Counted from the first letter of the stretch, positions 1-7,757 are shown. The stretch is 11,266 nucleotides of DNA from Fibrobacterota bacterium (GCA_043753995.1 JAYUVP010000319.1:1-11266); one strand, 5' to 3'. Translations and numbers: made by a program. Notes: generated by a model not told the origin, from the letters alone.

Positions 1-40
1 CGGTGAGCGCCTGAAAAAAGAGATCGCTCCGCAGGCATAG
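1..40 (+). CDS. 3' end of an upstream gene, truncated by the window edge (…GERLKKEIAPQA*), product unknown
   Basis: Frame starting at base 2 is open to TAG at 38-40. Too short to identify. It does not end in Gly-Gly, so it is not ThiS. Confidence 0.4.
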   Translation, partial: GERLKKEIAPQA

Positions 41-162
41 GCCTCAGGGAAAGGCCATAGCCGAGGACCCGCGAGCCCTTTTTTCATGGCCGAACATCAG
101 CCTCCCCGTCCCAAGCCGAGGAGGCTCGACCGAGGGGGAAACCTCCCCCACCAACTACTTTT

Positions 163-942
163 GTGCCTATGCTAAACGAAAAACCCCTCGTCCTCGGCGG
201 ACGCACTTTTCAATCGCGCCTCATTGTCGGCACCGGTAAATATCCCGATTTTGCAACCATGCAAAAAGCCCATGAGGCTTCGGGAGCGGAAATGGTGACC
301 GTGGCCCTGGGCCGCGTCAAACTCGATGGCCCCGACGAAGAAAATATTTTGAATTTCATCGACACTAAGAAATTAGCGCTCTTGCCGAATACGGCGGGGG
401 CTTATAATGTCGCCGATGCTTTGCGCATCGCTCGGTTGGCGCGCGCGCAGGGCATGCGTTATCTCAAGCTCGAAGTTTTGTATGACGCCAAAACTTTATT
501 GCCCGATCCGCTGGCGACCTATGAGGCTTCGAAAAAATTGGTGGAAGAAGAGTTTATCGTGATGGTTTATACCAGCGATGATCCCGTACTGGCGAAAAAG
601 CTGGAGGACTTGGGCGTTGAGGCCGTCATGCCAGCGGGCTCGCCCATCGGAAGTGGGCAAGGCGTGATCAATGAAAACAATATTCGCATGATCATGGAAT
701 CGCTTCGCTGTCCCGTGATTGTCGACGCGGGCATGGGTACGGCTTCGGATCTTGCTAAGGCCATGGAACTCGGAGTCGACGGCATTCTATGCAATACCGG
801 CATTGCTGCTGCGCAAAATCCAGTGCGCATGGCCGAGGCCTTCAAGCTCGCCACCGAGGCGGGAAGGCTGGCCTATTTGAGCGGACGCATTCCGCGCAAA
901 CTTTATGGATCGGCGAGCAGCCCGCAAGAGGGGCTACGCTAA
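163..942 (+). CDS. thiG: Thiazole synthase ThiG
   Basis: Motifs SRLIVGTGKY, LPNTAG, catalytic Lys in YLKLEV, LLPDP, AVMPAGSPIGSGQG, PVIVDAG, AMELGVDG, EAGRLAYLSGRIP and ASSP. Length 259 aa. Start is GTG 163 or ATG 169, with no clear Shine-Dalgarno. Confidence 0.97.
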   Translation: MPMLNEKPLVLGGRTFQSRLIVGTGKYPDFATMQKAHEASGAEMVTVALGRVKLDGPDEENILNFIDTKKLALLPNTAGAYNVADALRIARLARAQGMRYLKLEVLYDAKTLLPDPLATYEASKKLVEEEFIVMVYTSDDPVLAKKLEDLGVEAVMPAGSPIGSGQGVINENNIRMIMESLRCPVIVDAGMGTASDLAKAMELGVDGILCNTGIAAAQNPVRMAEAFKLATEAGRLAYLSGRIPRKLYGSASSPQEGLR

Positions 943-964
943 CTGCACTAATTAAGCGAGGCGC

Positions 965-1582
965 CTAAAACCATGCGCCGAGCGCGGTATAGAGCGTGAA
1001 GCCTGAGCCGTAAAGCAAATCGAAAACATCTTCATCCTCTTGCTCCAAAGGAGGACCGGAGACCAAGGTCCAATTGTGCTGGTTGAGTGATTGCGACCAG
1101 CCGGTGCCGATATCCCAACGAAAATGACCGAAGTGAAATTCCACGCCACCGAGAAAATCGACGAAGGTGGCTGGTTTGATTTTGAGTTCATATTCCTCAC
1201 CGAATCCATCGTCGCTGGATTTCGTGAGAGTCACCGGTTCATCACCGCCTCCCATCGCAAACTTCACGGCACCCCCCACAAAGGGCAAAACATGCCGTCC
1301 GGCATGAATGATATAGCGGCCGCGCACACCGGGGCGAAAGCCACCTAGGCTCAAGCCAAATCCAAAATCCACAGCGGCATTGGCACTAGGATAATAGGTG
1401 AATGAAGTGCCCAGCAAACTGGACAAGCTATTCATCCCTACTTCAGCGGTAACGCCGAAGCGCGCGCGTTTAACAGCGGGGACAGCTTCCTCTTCTTCCT
1501 CCTCCTCGGCATAACCTTCTTGGGCGAATCCTTGAGTGGAAAGCAAAGCGAAAAGGGTGACGGCAATAAACCGTTTTAGCAT
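965..1582 (-). CDS. Secreted protein, probable small outer-membrane beta-barrel (about 205 aa)
   Basis: ATG at 1582 is preceded by GGGAG, which favours it over the ORF-track start at 1600. Sec signal peptide MLKRFIAVTLFALLSTQGFA, then an acidic Glu7 linker. Alternating hydrophobic/Gly strands (FGVTAEVG, AAVDFGFG, GVRGRYI, GGVEFHF, WDIGTGW). C-terminus LYTALGAWF has the terminal Phe typical of BAM substrates. Confidence 0.7.
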   Translation of the reverse strand: MLKRFIAVTLFALLSTQGFAQEGYAEEEEEEEAVPAVKRARFGVTAEVGMNSLSSLLGTSFTYYPSANAAVDFGFGLSLGGFRPGVRGRYIIHAGRHVLPFVGGAVKFAMGGGDEPVTLTKSSDDGFGEEYELKIKPATFVDFLGGVEFHFGHFRWDIGTGWSQSLNQHNWTLVSGPPLEQEDEDVFDLLYGSGFTLYTALGAWF

Positions 1583-1784
1583 AAAAATCTCCCAAAGCAT
1601 AGGCTTTGCAAGGGTTTGAATAAACAGGAACCGAGGGAAGTCATAAATAGATAATGTTTAGGCAGGAAGGCGCTTTTACCTGTTTCATGGCCGATAAAAA
1701 ACACTCAGATGAATGTCCACCTTTTCGTGGTGAGAATCGTCAAAGCTTAGTGACCTCGATTCGATTCGCCCTTGCTATAGGTTT
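1583..1784. promoter_or_regulatory. AT-richer divergent intergenic region expected to hold the promoters for the beta-barrel gene and the biosynthetic operon
   Basis: About 200 nt of non-coding sequence between head-to-head genes, visibly more AT-rich than the flanks. A possible -10-like TAGGTT lies at 1778-1783. No convincing -35 element. Confidence 0.45.
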
Positions 1785-2576
1785 ATGCTGATGCCCGACG
1801 CCATTGGCATGCTTTTTCCGCGCCTCGCTGAAAAAGCGGAGGGGATGCGCTGGCGTTTTTCGGATATTCCCTGGCAAGGCCTCGATCGATCGCGCGTTTC
1901 CCCGGAGCTCATTGAATTGGTACGTGATGCCGCTTTTTCAGAATTAACGACTTTCAGTGCCAGCCAACAATTCTTGAAAGAATTCTGGAATGACCCCGAC
2001 TTTACCCAATGGGTGTCGGTGTGGTTTTATGAAGAAACCCGGCATCCGCAAGTCTTGCTGGCCTGGCTTCAGCGCGCCGCGAATATTCAAGTGGATCCTG
2101 ATTTTTTCTTACGTGGGCGAGCGACCGCACCTTTCATGAAATCCCGCATGGGAACGCTCATAACCAATGTCATTTCAGAAATGGTCGCCACCGCGAACTA
2201 CCAAAATTTCGCGCAAGCCTGCGGAGAGCCCGTGCTGGCTGGCATTGCCAATAATATTTCGCAAGACGAAGCCCGCCATGCCAGCAGCTTTTACGCTTAT
2301 GCCCGTAAATTCCTGGCTCAGTCCGAACAACCCGATCAAGATCGCCGCGACGCTCTCAAGGTCCTTTATATGTGGACACGGGATAGCGATAGGGTTCAGC
2401 ATCCCGTGAATGAATTTCTCGGTCGCAGCAAAGACTTGGGCGAAGGTCAAGGCTTGCGACTTGCCGTGCAAAAAGACTTGGACTCCGTACGTCGCCGCGC
2501 TTGCCGTCGCATCGGTCATTTATTGGGCCTTTCTTTGAATGGTCCCGAAGCTATACTCGAACACTTGAAAACCTGA
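1785..2576 (+). CDS. Ferritin-like diiron protein, soluble acyl-ACP desaturase-like
   Basis: Complete diiron ligand set E53, E84xxH87 (WFYEETRH), E132, E162xxH165 (ISQDEARH). These resemble the WxxEExRH and IxxDExRH motifs of soluble acyl-ACP desaturases. N-terminal WRFSDIPW is typical of bacterial members. Start could be 1785 or 1791. Confidence 0.8.
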   Translation: MLMPDAIGMLFPRLAEKAEGMRWRFSDIPWQGLDRSRVSPELIELVRDAAFSELTTFSASQQFLKEFWNDPDFTQWVSVWFYEETRHPQVLLAWLQRAANIQVDPDFFLRGRATAPFMKSRMGTLITNVISEMVATANYQNFAQACGEPVLAGIANNISQDEARHASSFYAYARKFLAQSEQPDQDRRDALKVLYMWTRDSDRVQHPVNEFLGRSKDLGEGQGLRLAVQKDLDSVRRRACRRIGHLLGLSLNGPEAILEHLKT

Positions 2577-2587
2577 GGAAAGAAACC

Positions 2588-3565
2588 ATGGAAAGACGAG
2601 ACATCTTGAAAATGGGCCTTGGTCTGGGAGCGGGCATGGCGGTGACCGGCACCACGGGTTGCGCGCCCACCTTAGCCCATCCAAAACGGGTCCTGGACGA
2701 TGACAAGGAAGCCCGGACCTGGGTGGACGGCATCGATGAACAAATAGCCCGAATTGAAGGAGCCTGTTTCGTGGAGAAATTCTCCAGCGCGGCGACCCGC
2801 CTTTCCTTCGACGACCAAGCGCGTCAAGATATGAATGGCTCGGAAATCCGGTTTCGCGAAATGCTCAAGGTCTTGGTGATCACCCAATCCTTCCGGGAAT
2901 TGCCCGAAGACGTGCAGCGCCATCCCCTGGTGCAAAGCCGATTGGCTCGCGACATCGAAGCCATTGACGCCTCGGTTATGGATACCGCCGATTATCTGGA
3001 AAAGATCAGTGGCGAGGAACGTGACGAAATTCGAGCTGCATTATTGGAAAATCCCGATTTGGTTTTGGATTTATGCGAAAGCCTCGACGTCGAGGCCGGC
3101 AAGGCTGGCATGTCCTCGAATCGCCGTCTGCAATTGCGAAGCATGATGACCCAGACCGGCTTTCGCCTCAAATCAGCCTCCCCAAGCGTGGTCATCGACG
3201 AACAAATCGCCAAGGTGAGGCGAGCGAATGCGACCAGCCAATCGCAATTTCTCGCCTCGCAAATGGCGGCGGAAGCCGGCAATGAAAACTTTTGGCGCCG
3301 GCAGGAACAAAATTCCGAAGCGGAGGACATGGAAGACGAAGAGGTAGAACCGGAAAAGCCGCGAGTCCCAGGCCAAGGCGCCATGAAATCCGGCGCCTGG
3401 ATGATGGGGATCGGGGTTGCGACCTTTGGCATCAGCACCTTATTGACCAATCAAGTCGCTTTCGGTTTTGTCTTCGGCATGACGGCGGGGGCGGTGCTTT
3501 TCGCCGCCGGTTTCATTACCCTCATTGTCGGCGTGATTATTTATTTGGTCAAGCACAAACGCTGA
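2588..3565 (+). CDS. Hypothetical Tat-exported (lipo)protein, helical, with two C-terminal hydrophobic segments (325 aa)
   Basis: ATG 2588 follows GAGGAAAG, 11 nt after the previous stop. The ORF-track start at 2501 overlaps the previous gene and is unlikely. Tat motif ERRDILK, hydrophobic region, lipobox-like TTG-C25. Acidic linker EAEDMEDEEVEPE. C-terminal Gly-rich hydrophobic segments end in KHKR. Confidence 0.75.
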   Translation: MERRDILKMGLGLGAGMAVTGTTGCAPTLAHPKRVLDDDKEARTWVDGIDEQIARIEGACFVEKFSSAATRLSFDDQARQDMNGSEIRFREMLKVLVITQSFRELPEDVQRHPLVQSRLARDIEAIDASVMDTADYLEKISGEERDEIRAALLENPDLVLDLCESLDVEAGKAGMSSNRRLQLRSMMTQTGFRLKSASPSVVIDEQIAKVRRANATSQSQFLASQMAAEAGNENFWRRQEQNSEAEDMEDEEVEPEKPRVPGQGAMKSGAWMMGIGVATFGISTLLTNQVAFGFVFGMTAGAVLFAAGFITLIVGVIIYLVKHKR

Positions 3566-3578
3566 GGCCGGCCCCTTC

Positions 3579-5654
3579 ATGCGCATAGCGATTAGCGGCA
3601 TGGGTTCGGTATGTGCCCATGGCGAGGGTGTGCCGAGCTTGTGGCGGGGCATTTTGTCGGGCCAGGACGCCATGCAAAGGCTGCGGCGCTTTTCCATCGA
3701 AGGCATGCCCTCTCCTTGGGTTGGCGCCGTGCCGCAAGCCAATGATACCGTCACAGGTGAGTTACCTAGCTGGGAATTGACCTTGCGTTTCGCCTTGATT
3801 GCGGCCCGGGAAGCTTGGCATTCGGCAGGGCTCGACTCGGCTGGATTTGCACCCCAGCGCCTTGCCCTGGTGCTCGGCACCAGCCTTGGCGATCAAAAAA
3901 TGCCCTTGCATCGCATCACCGAAATGGCTGCGGCTGCGCTCGCGATTCGCGGTCCGGCGCTCACGGTCTCGACGGCCTGCACGTCTTCGACCAATGCCTT
4001 GGGACTGGGCCTGGATTTGCTCCGCCATGGCTGGGCAGACGCCGTCCTCGCGGGGGGAAGCGATACTTTGACGCCCATCATGGTGGCGGGCTTTCATTCC
4101 CTGGGCGTGCTTTCTTCGGAAAAGTGCGCGCCCTTCAGCCATCCCTTCGGGACCACGCTTGGCGAAGGCGCGGCCTTTCTCGTGCTGGAAAGGGAGGAGA
4201 CCGCGCGAAGACGTCACGCTAAGGTTACGGCCTGGCTTTCGGGTTATGGCCTTTCCGGCGACGCCTTTCACGAGACGTCGCCCGATCCAACCGGCAGCGG
4301 GGTGGCCCGCGCCTTTCGCTCCGCACTCAAGCATGCAGGGCTTGGCCCTGAGAACCTTGGCTATGTTAACGCCCATGGTACGGGTACTTTGGCCAATGAT
4401 CAGGCAGAATGGCGGGCCATGGAAGAGGTTTTTGGTGCGCGCGCCGCCACCTTGCCGATAAGCTCGTCGAAGAGCTATTTCGGCCATGCCCAAGGCGCGG
4501 CGGGATCGCTGGAATCTGTGGTGACCTTGCTTTCTCTGCGCGAGCAAGTTGTTCCGCCAACCCTGCATGGACAGGCTCCCAGGCGAACCGGCCCGGACGA
4601 TCCGATTTTCGATACTGCGCCGAGGCCCCATGCCTATCAACATGCCGTGTGCACCAATTCGGCCTTCGGCGGAGCCAATGCTGCCGTTGTCTTGAGTCGA
4701 GAGTTGCCCGGCGAACCCGAACCCATTCTGGATAGACCAACGCAAATCCCGGAAAGAACTCTGTATGTGAGTGGATTGGCAGCCTTGGGATCGCATGGCC
4801 TTACCGTCGCGAGTCTACGAGAAAGGTTCGAGTTGGAGCATCGCCTGATTCCCGGTCGCATTCCTGAATTTTTCCTCGAGAAAGAATTGCCTCAAGTCGA
4901 CCCGCGAGGACTGGATCCTTCTTCACGCTTCCTCATTAAAGCTGCGGCCAATGCCTTGCAAGACGCTGGCTTGGGGGTCACACGCAAGCGACGGGATACT
5001 ATTGGCCTAGTGCTCGGCGTCAATCAGGTGTCACCTGAAAGCGGCGCAGCCCTGAGTCGCAGCATAGCCGAGCAAGGGCTGGCCTTGTTATCGGCTGCAG
5101 CCTTCTCACGCATGGTTCTCAATGCGCCTGCGGGGAGTTGCTCGAAAGCCTTGGGCCTCGGAGGACCTTTGAGCACCTTGAGCGTCGGTGCCGGCAGCGG
5201 CCTAATGGCTTTGATTTATGCGGCTACGCTTTTAAATGACCGCGACGAAATCACCGCCATGCTAGCTGCGGGCCTGGAGGAAATGTCTTTGTCTCCGACC
5301 CCGCAAGACGACACAGCAGAAAATTCCGAAGGTATTGCTTGCGTATTACTTTCGCGCTTCGCTCCTGATCCACCCGACCGCACCGATCGCGCCGTGATCT
5401 TGGCGGGTTGGTCCCTAGCTGGACCGGGCGACGGTAAAACCGCAGCGCGAAATGCGCTCATTCATGCGGGGTTAAACCCGGGTCAACCTGACTTGCATGT
5501 CGAAGCCAAGAACCTAGGCCCCGGCAATGCCTATGTGGCTTCAGCGGGGCTGGTGGCAGCGGCGGCCATTTTGCGCCAGGGCCGCCACCGAAACATTCTC
5601 ATCACCTGCGACAGCGATTCGGCCAGCGAGGCCGTCGTTTTGGCTGCAGCGTAA
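3579..5654 (+). CDS. Beta-ketoacyl-ACP synthase fused to a catalytically dead KS-like (chain-length-factor-like) domain
   Basis: N-domain has the intact triad C134 (TVSTACTSS), H266 (VNAHGTGT), H303 (SKSYFGH) and ends in NSAFGGANA. After a Pro/Glu linker, a second KS-fold domain runs from about aa 394 (DPRGLDPSSR, FSRMVLNAPAG, GPLSTLSVGAGSG). It has Ala538 at the catalytic Cys position and no HGTGT. Confidence 0.9.
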   Translation: MRIAISGMGSVCAHGEGVPSLWRGILSGQDAMQRLRRFSIEGMPSPWVGAVPQANDTVTGELPSWELTLRFALIAAREAWHSAGLDSAGFAPQRLALVLGTSLGDQKMPLHRITEMAAAALAIRGPALTVSTACTSSTNALGLGLDLLRHGWADAVLAGGSDTLTPIMVAGFHSLGVLSSEKCAPFSHPFGTTLGEGAAFLVLEREETARRRHAKVTAWLSGYGLSGDAFHETSPDPTGSGVARAFRSALKHAGLGPENLGYVNAHGTGTLANDQAEWRAMEEVFGARAATLPISSSKSYFGHAQGAAGSLESVVTLLSLREQVVPPTLHGQAPRRTGPDDPIFDTAPRPHAYQHAVCTNSAFGGANAAVVLSRELPGEPEPILDRPTQIPERTLYVSGLAALGSHGLTVASLRERFELEHRLIPGRIPEFFLEKELPQVDPRGLDPSSRFLIKAAANALQDAGLGVTRKRRDTIGLVLGVNQVSPESGAALSRSIAEQGLALLSAAAFSRMVLNAPAGSCSKALGLGGPLSTLSVGAGSGLMALIYAATLLNDRDEITAMLAAGLEEMSLSPTPQDDTAENSEGIACVLLSRFAPDPPDRTDRAVILAGWSLAGPGDGKTAARNALIHAGLNPGQPDLHVEAKNLGPGNAYVASAGLVAAAAILRQGRHRNILITCDSDSASEAVVLAAA

Positions 5655-5669
5655 CTCTGGAGATACCTT

Positions 5670-5978
5670 ATGCTAACCACCATGGCCATACCCATTTCAG
5701 CTAGGGAAAGTGTTCTCGCCGAGCTGCGCCAAGCCTTGGTCGAGCGCCTGAATGTCAAATTCCCGGTCGACGAAATCGATCCCGATGTCGCGCTTTTTGG
5801 CAGCGGCTATGGCTTGGATTCCCTGGACGCCGTCGAATTAGTGGTCTTTCTGGAAACTCGATTCGCCATCAAATCCACCGACGGACCGCCCCTGCAAATG
5901 CGCGCAGCCATGCGCACCATCAATACTTTGACGGATTTGATTTTCCAACTCAAGCCGGAGCTGGCCCATGTCGCTTGA
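5670..5978 (+). CDS. Acyl carrier protein
   Basis: 102 aa. GLDSLDAVELV phosphopantetheine-attachment motif (Ser51). GGAG RBS at 5659-5662. Confidence 0.92.
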   Translation: MLTTMAIPISARESVLAELRQALVERLNVKFPVDEIDPDVALFGSGYGLDSLDAVELVVFLETRFAIKSTDGPPLQMRAAMRTINTLTDLIFQLKPELAHVA

Positions 5979-7014
5979 ACTCGATATGCAGGCGCTAAGG
6001 CAAGGCGTCGCTTGGTCGCAAAGCTTGAAGTCCTGCTTTCATCTTTCGGGCCCAAGGGCTGTCGAAGCGATGAATAGCCTTTGCCCACGCGAACTGTATA
6101 TACGCGACGGCCAGATGCTGCAAACCTTATTGCTCGACGCGGAGGCAAAGCCGATAGCCGATATGTTGGTTTGCGCCGAAGGCGATGATTTTTTGCTGCT
6201 CATCGAGGCCGCACCCGGCCTGGACCTCGGAGCTTTATTTGCCGAAAGATTGCCTCTGGGCAATGCCCTCTCCCTGGCTGATTTGAGTGTGGAATATGAA
6301 TTGATAGGCATTGACGGGCCCTATGCTTGGGAATTGCTTTCGGAATTATTGTCCCCTGAAGTCATTGGTCTTCCCTATCTCGGCTTTTATCGTAACCGAA
6401 ATTTTCTCTGCTTTCGTGCCGGCAGTAGCGGGGAGTTTTCCTATCAATGGCTGATACCTAAAACCGAAGCGGCGGCCTGGCGTGAACGTCTACTGCGCCT
6501 AGGCGCAGCCTTTGACTTGCGGCAAGTCAGCCAGGAAGCTCTCGACCTAGGTGCCTTGGAAAATTTTTTCTTCAATGTTCGCCGTGATAGTATTCAGGGC
6601 ATCACTCCGGTGGAATTGCAATTGGGGTGGCGCGTCTCCATGCAAAAGACCTTTGTAGGATGCGAGGCCTTGCGCCACCGACGTGCTCAGGCCCAACAAC
6701 GTGTGGCTTTGTATGTCTCCGATCGGTTTCTGCCGGGCGGCTCGGTCTTGCGCAGCAAGGGTGATGCGGTAGGTGCGGTTTTACACTCGACCTATTCACC
6801 CGATTATCACGGCTGGCTGGGCTTGGCTCTGGTCCATCGCCACTTGGCCTATACCGGTGTCGAATTTCAAGCGGATGAAGATGGTGCCAGCCTTTGCCTG
6901 CTTTCGGCCCCCGCAGTCAATAATCGCAGCCTCTATGTCGACCCACAAAGGCATAGCTACTCGAATCGCGGAGGCCAGGACTTTCCCCCTTTGATTGCCC
7001 TGGAGGCCAGGTGA
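5968..7014 (+). CDS. Aminomethyltransferase-fold (GcvT-like) protein, divergent; functional analogue candidate of S. agalactiae CylF
   Basis: Collinear degenerate GcvT blocks: LSGPRA, QTLLLDAEAKPIAD, IGIDGPYAWELL, RAGSSGEFSYQ (cf. RTGYTGEDGFE), TPVELQLGW…FVGCEAL, VGAVLHSTYSP…LGLALV. No YgfZ KGCYxGQE motif. GGAG at 5957-5960 and an 11-nt overlap with the ACP gene. Confidence 0.8.
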   Translation: MSLELDMQALRQGVAWSQSLKSCFHLSGPRAVEAMNSLCPRELYIRDGQMLQTLLLDAEAKPIADMLVCAEGDDFLLLIEAAPGLDLGALFAERLPLGNALSLADLSVEYELIGIDGPYAWELLSELLSPEVIGLPYLGFYRNRNFLCFRAGSSGEFSYQWLIPKTEAAAWRERLLRLGAAFDLRQVSQEALDLGALENFFFNVRRDSIQGITPVELQLGWRVSMQKTFVGCEALRHRRAQAQQRVALYVSDRFLPGGSVLRSKGDAVGAVLHSTYSPDYHGWLGLALVHRHLAYTGVEFQADEDGASLCLLSAPAVNNRSLYVDPQRHSYSNRGGQDFPPLIALEAR

Positions 7015-7754
7015 CACGCGTGGGACGTATTACTCTGGTGACGGGTGCCTCGCGTGGTCTGGGCCAAGGCATGGCCATGGCCTTTGCGCGTCAGGGTGAT
7101 TTCGTTTGGGTGGGCTATCACCGCCGCGAAGACAAAGCGCGTGAAACCCTGGCAGCCTTGCAAGCCGAAGGTGGCCAAGGCGATGTGCTCGCCATGGACA
7201 TTGGCGATGCGGCATCGGTGAATCAAGCCATAACTCGGGCAAGTGAAGCCCATGGCCCCATCGATGTGCTTATTAATAATGCCGGCATAGCTCGCGACAG
7301 TCTTTTCGCCATGATGCCTGAAGCCGATTGGGTCGAAACCCTGCGCGTCAATCTCGCAGGCACCTATCATGTTTGCCGAGCCGTGATTGGCGGCATGATG
7401 GCCAAGCGATCGGGCATCATAGTCAATGTGGCTTCCGTTGCCGGCAGGCATGCTAGCCCCGGCCAAGCCAATTATGCCGCGTCCAAAGGTGGCGTCATCG
7501 CTTTGACCCAAACCCTCGCCGCCGAAATGGCCCCGCATGGCATACGCGTGAACGCTCTCATGCCCGGCCTCATCGCGGCCGGCATGGCCGCCAAACTCGA
7601 TCATCGCATCGCGGCCGATCGCAAAAAACAAATCCCCCTGGGGCGTTTCGGCAGCGCCGAGGAAGTCGCTGCCGTGGCCGTCTTCCTGGCCTCGCCCGCA
7701 GCGAGTTATATACTCGGCCAAGCCCTAGTCGTCGACGGCGGATTAACCTTGTGA
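7011..7754 (+). CDS. fabG: 3-oxoacyl-ACP reductase (FabG-like SDR)
   Basis: TGASRGLG nucleotide-binding motif, NNAGI, catalytic Ser in VAS, QANYAASKGG, IPLGRFG, GQALVVDGG. The GTG start overlaps the upstream TGA (GTGA, 7011-7014). Probably a cluster-specific paralogue rather than the housekeeping copy. Confidence 0.92.
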   Translation: MTRVGRITLVTGASRGLGQGMAMAFARQGDFVWVGYHRREDKARETLAALQAEGGQGDVLAMDIGDAASVNQAITRASEAHGPIDVLINNAGIARDSLFAMMPEADWVETLRVNLAGTYHVCRAVIGGMMAKRSGIIVNVASVAGRHASPGQANYAASKGGVIALTQTLAAEMAPHGIRVNALMPGLIAAGMAAKLDHRIAADRKKQIPLGRFGSAEEVAAVAVFLASPAASYILGQALVVDGGLTL

Positions 7755-7757
7755 GCC

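Noticed and set aside
41..162. TPP riboswitch upstream of thiG
   Set aside because: The conserved CUGAGA and CCUGA…AAU…AGCG-AGG elements are not present.
1487..1507. TC-rich trinucleotide-like tract as a possible contingency repeat
   Set aside because: It encodes the Glu7 run with mixed GAA/GAG codons, in frame, so it is not a slippage-type tract.
1622..1685. Inverted repeat AAACAGG (1622-1628)/CCTGTTT (1679-1685)
   Set aside because: Only 7 bp with a 50-nt spacer, compatible with chance, and matches no operator I recognise.
2501..2587. ORF-track N-terminal extension of the Tat protein
   Set aside because: It overlaps the diiron gene by 76 nt. ATG 2588 has an RBS and puts the twin-arginine motif at the N-terminus.
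3762..4796. 344-aa antisense ORF and other short ORFs nested in the KS gene and elsewhere
   Set aside because: Codon-bias shadows with Arg/Gly/Pro-rich, motif-less translations that overlap well-supported genes.
5968..7014. Calling this gene gcvT or ygfZ
   Set aside because: No gcvH or gcvP neighbours, degenerate GcvT motifs and no YgfZ KGCYxGQE signature.
6957..7721. 254-aa antisense ORF opposite fabG
   Set aside because: Long antisense ORFs are a common shadow of SDR genes in GC-rich DNA. It has no independent motifs and almost fully overlaps a confident gene.
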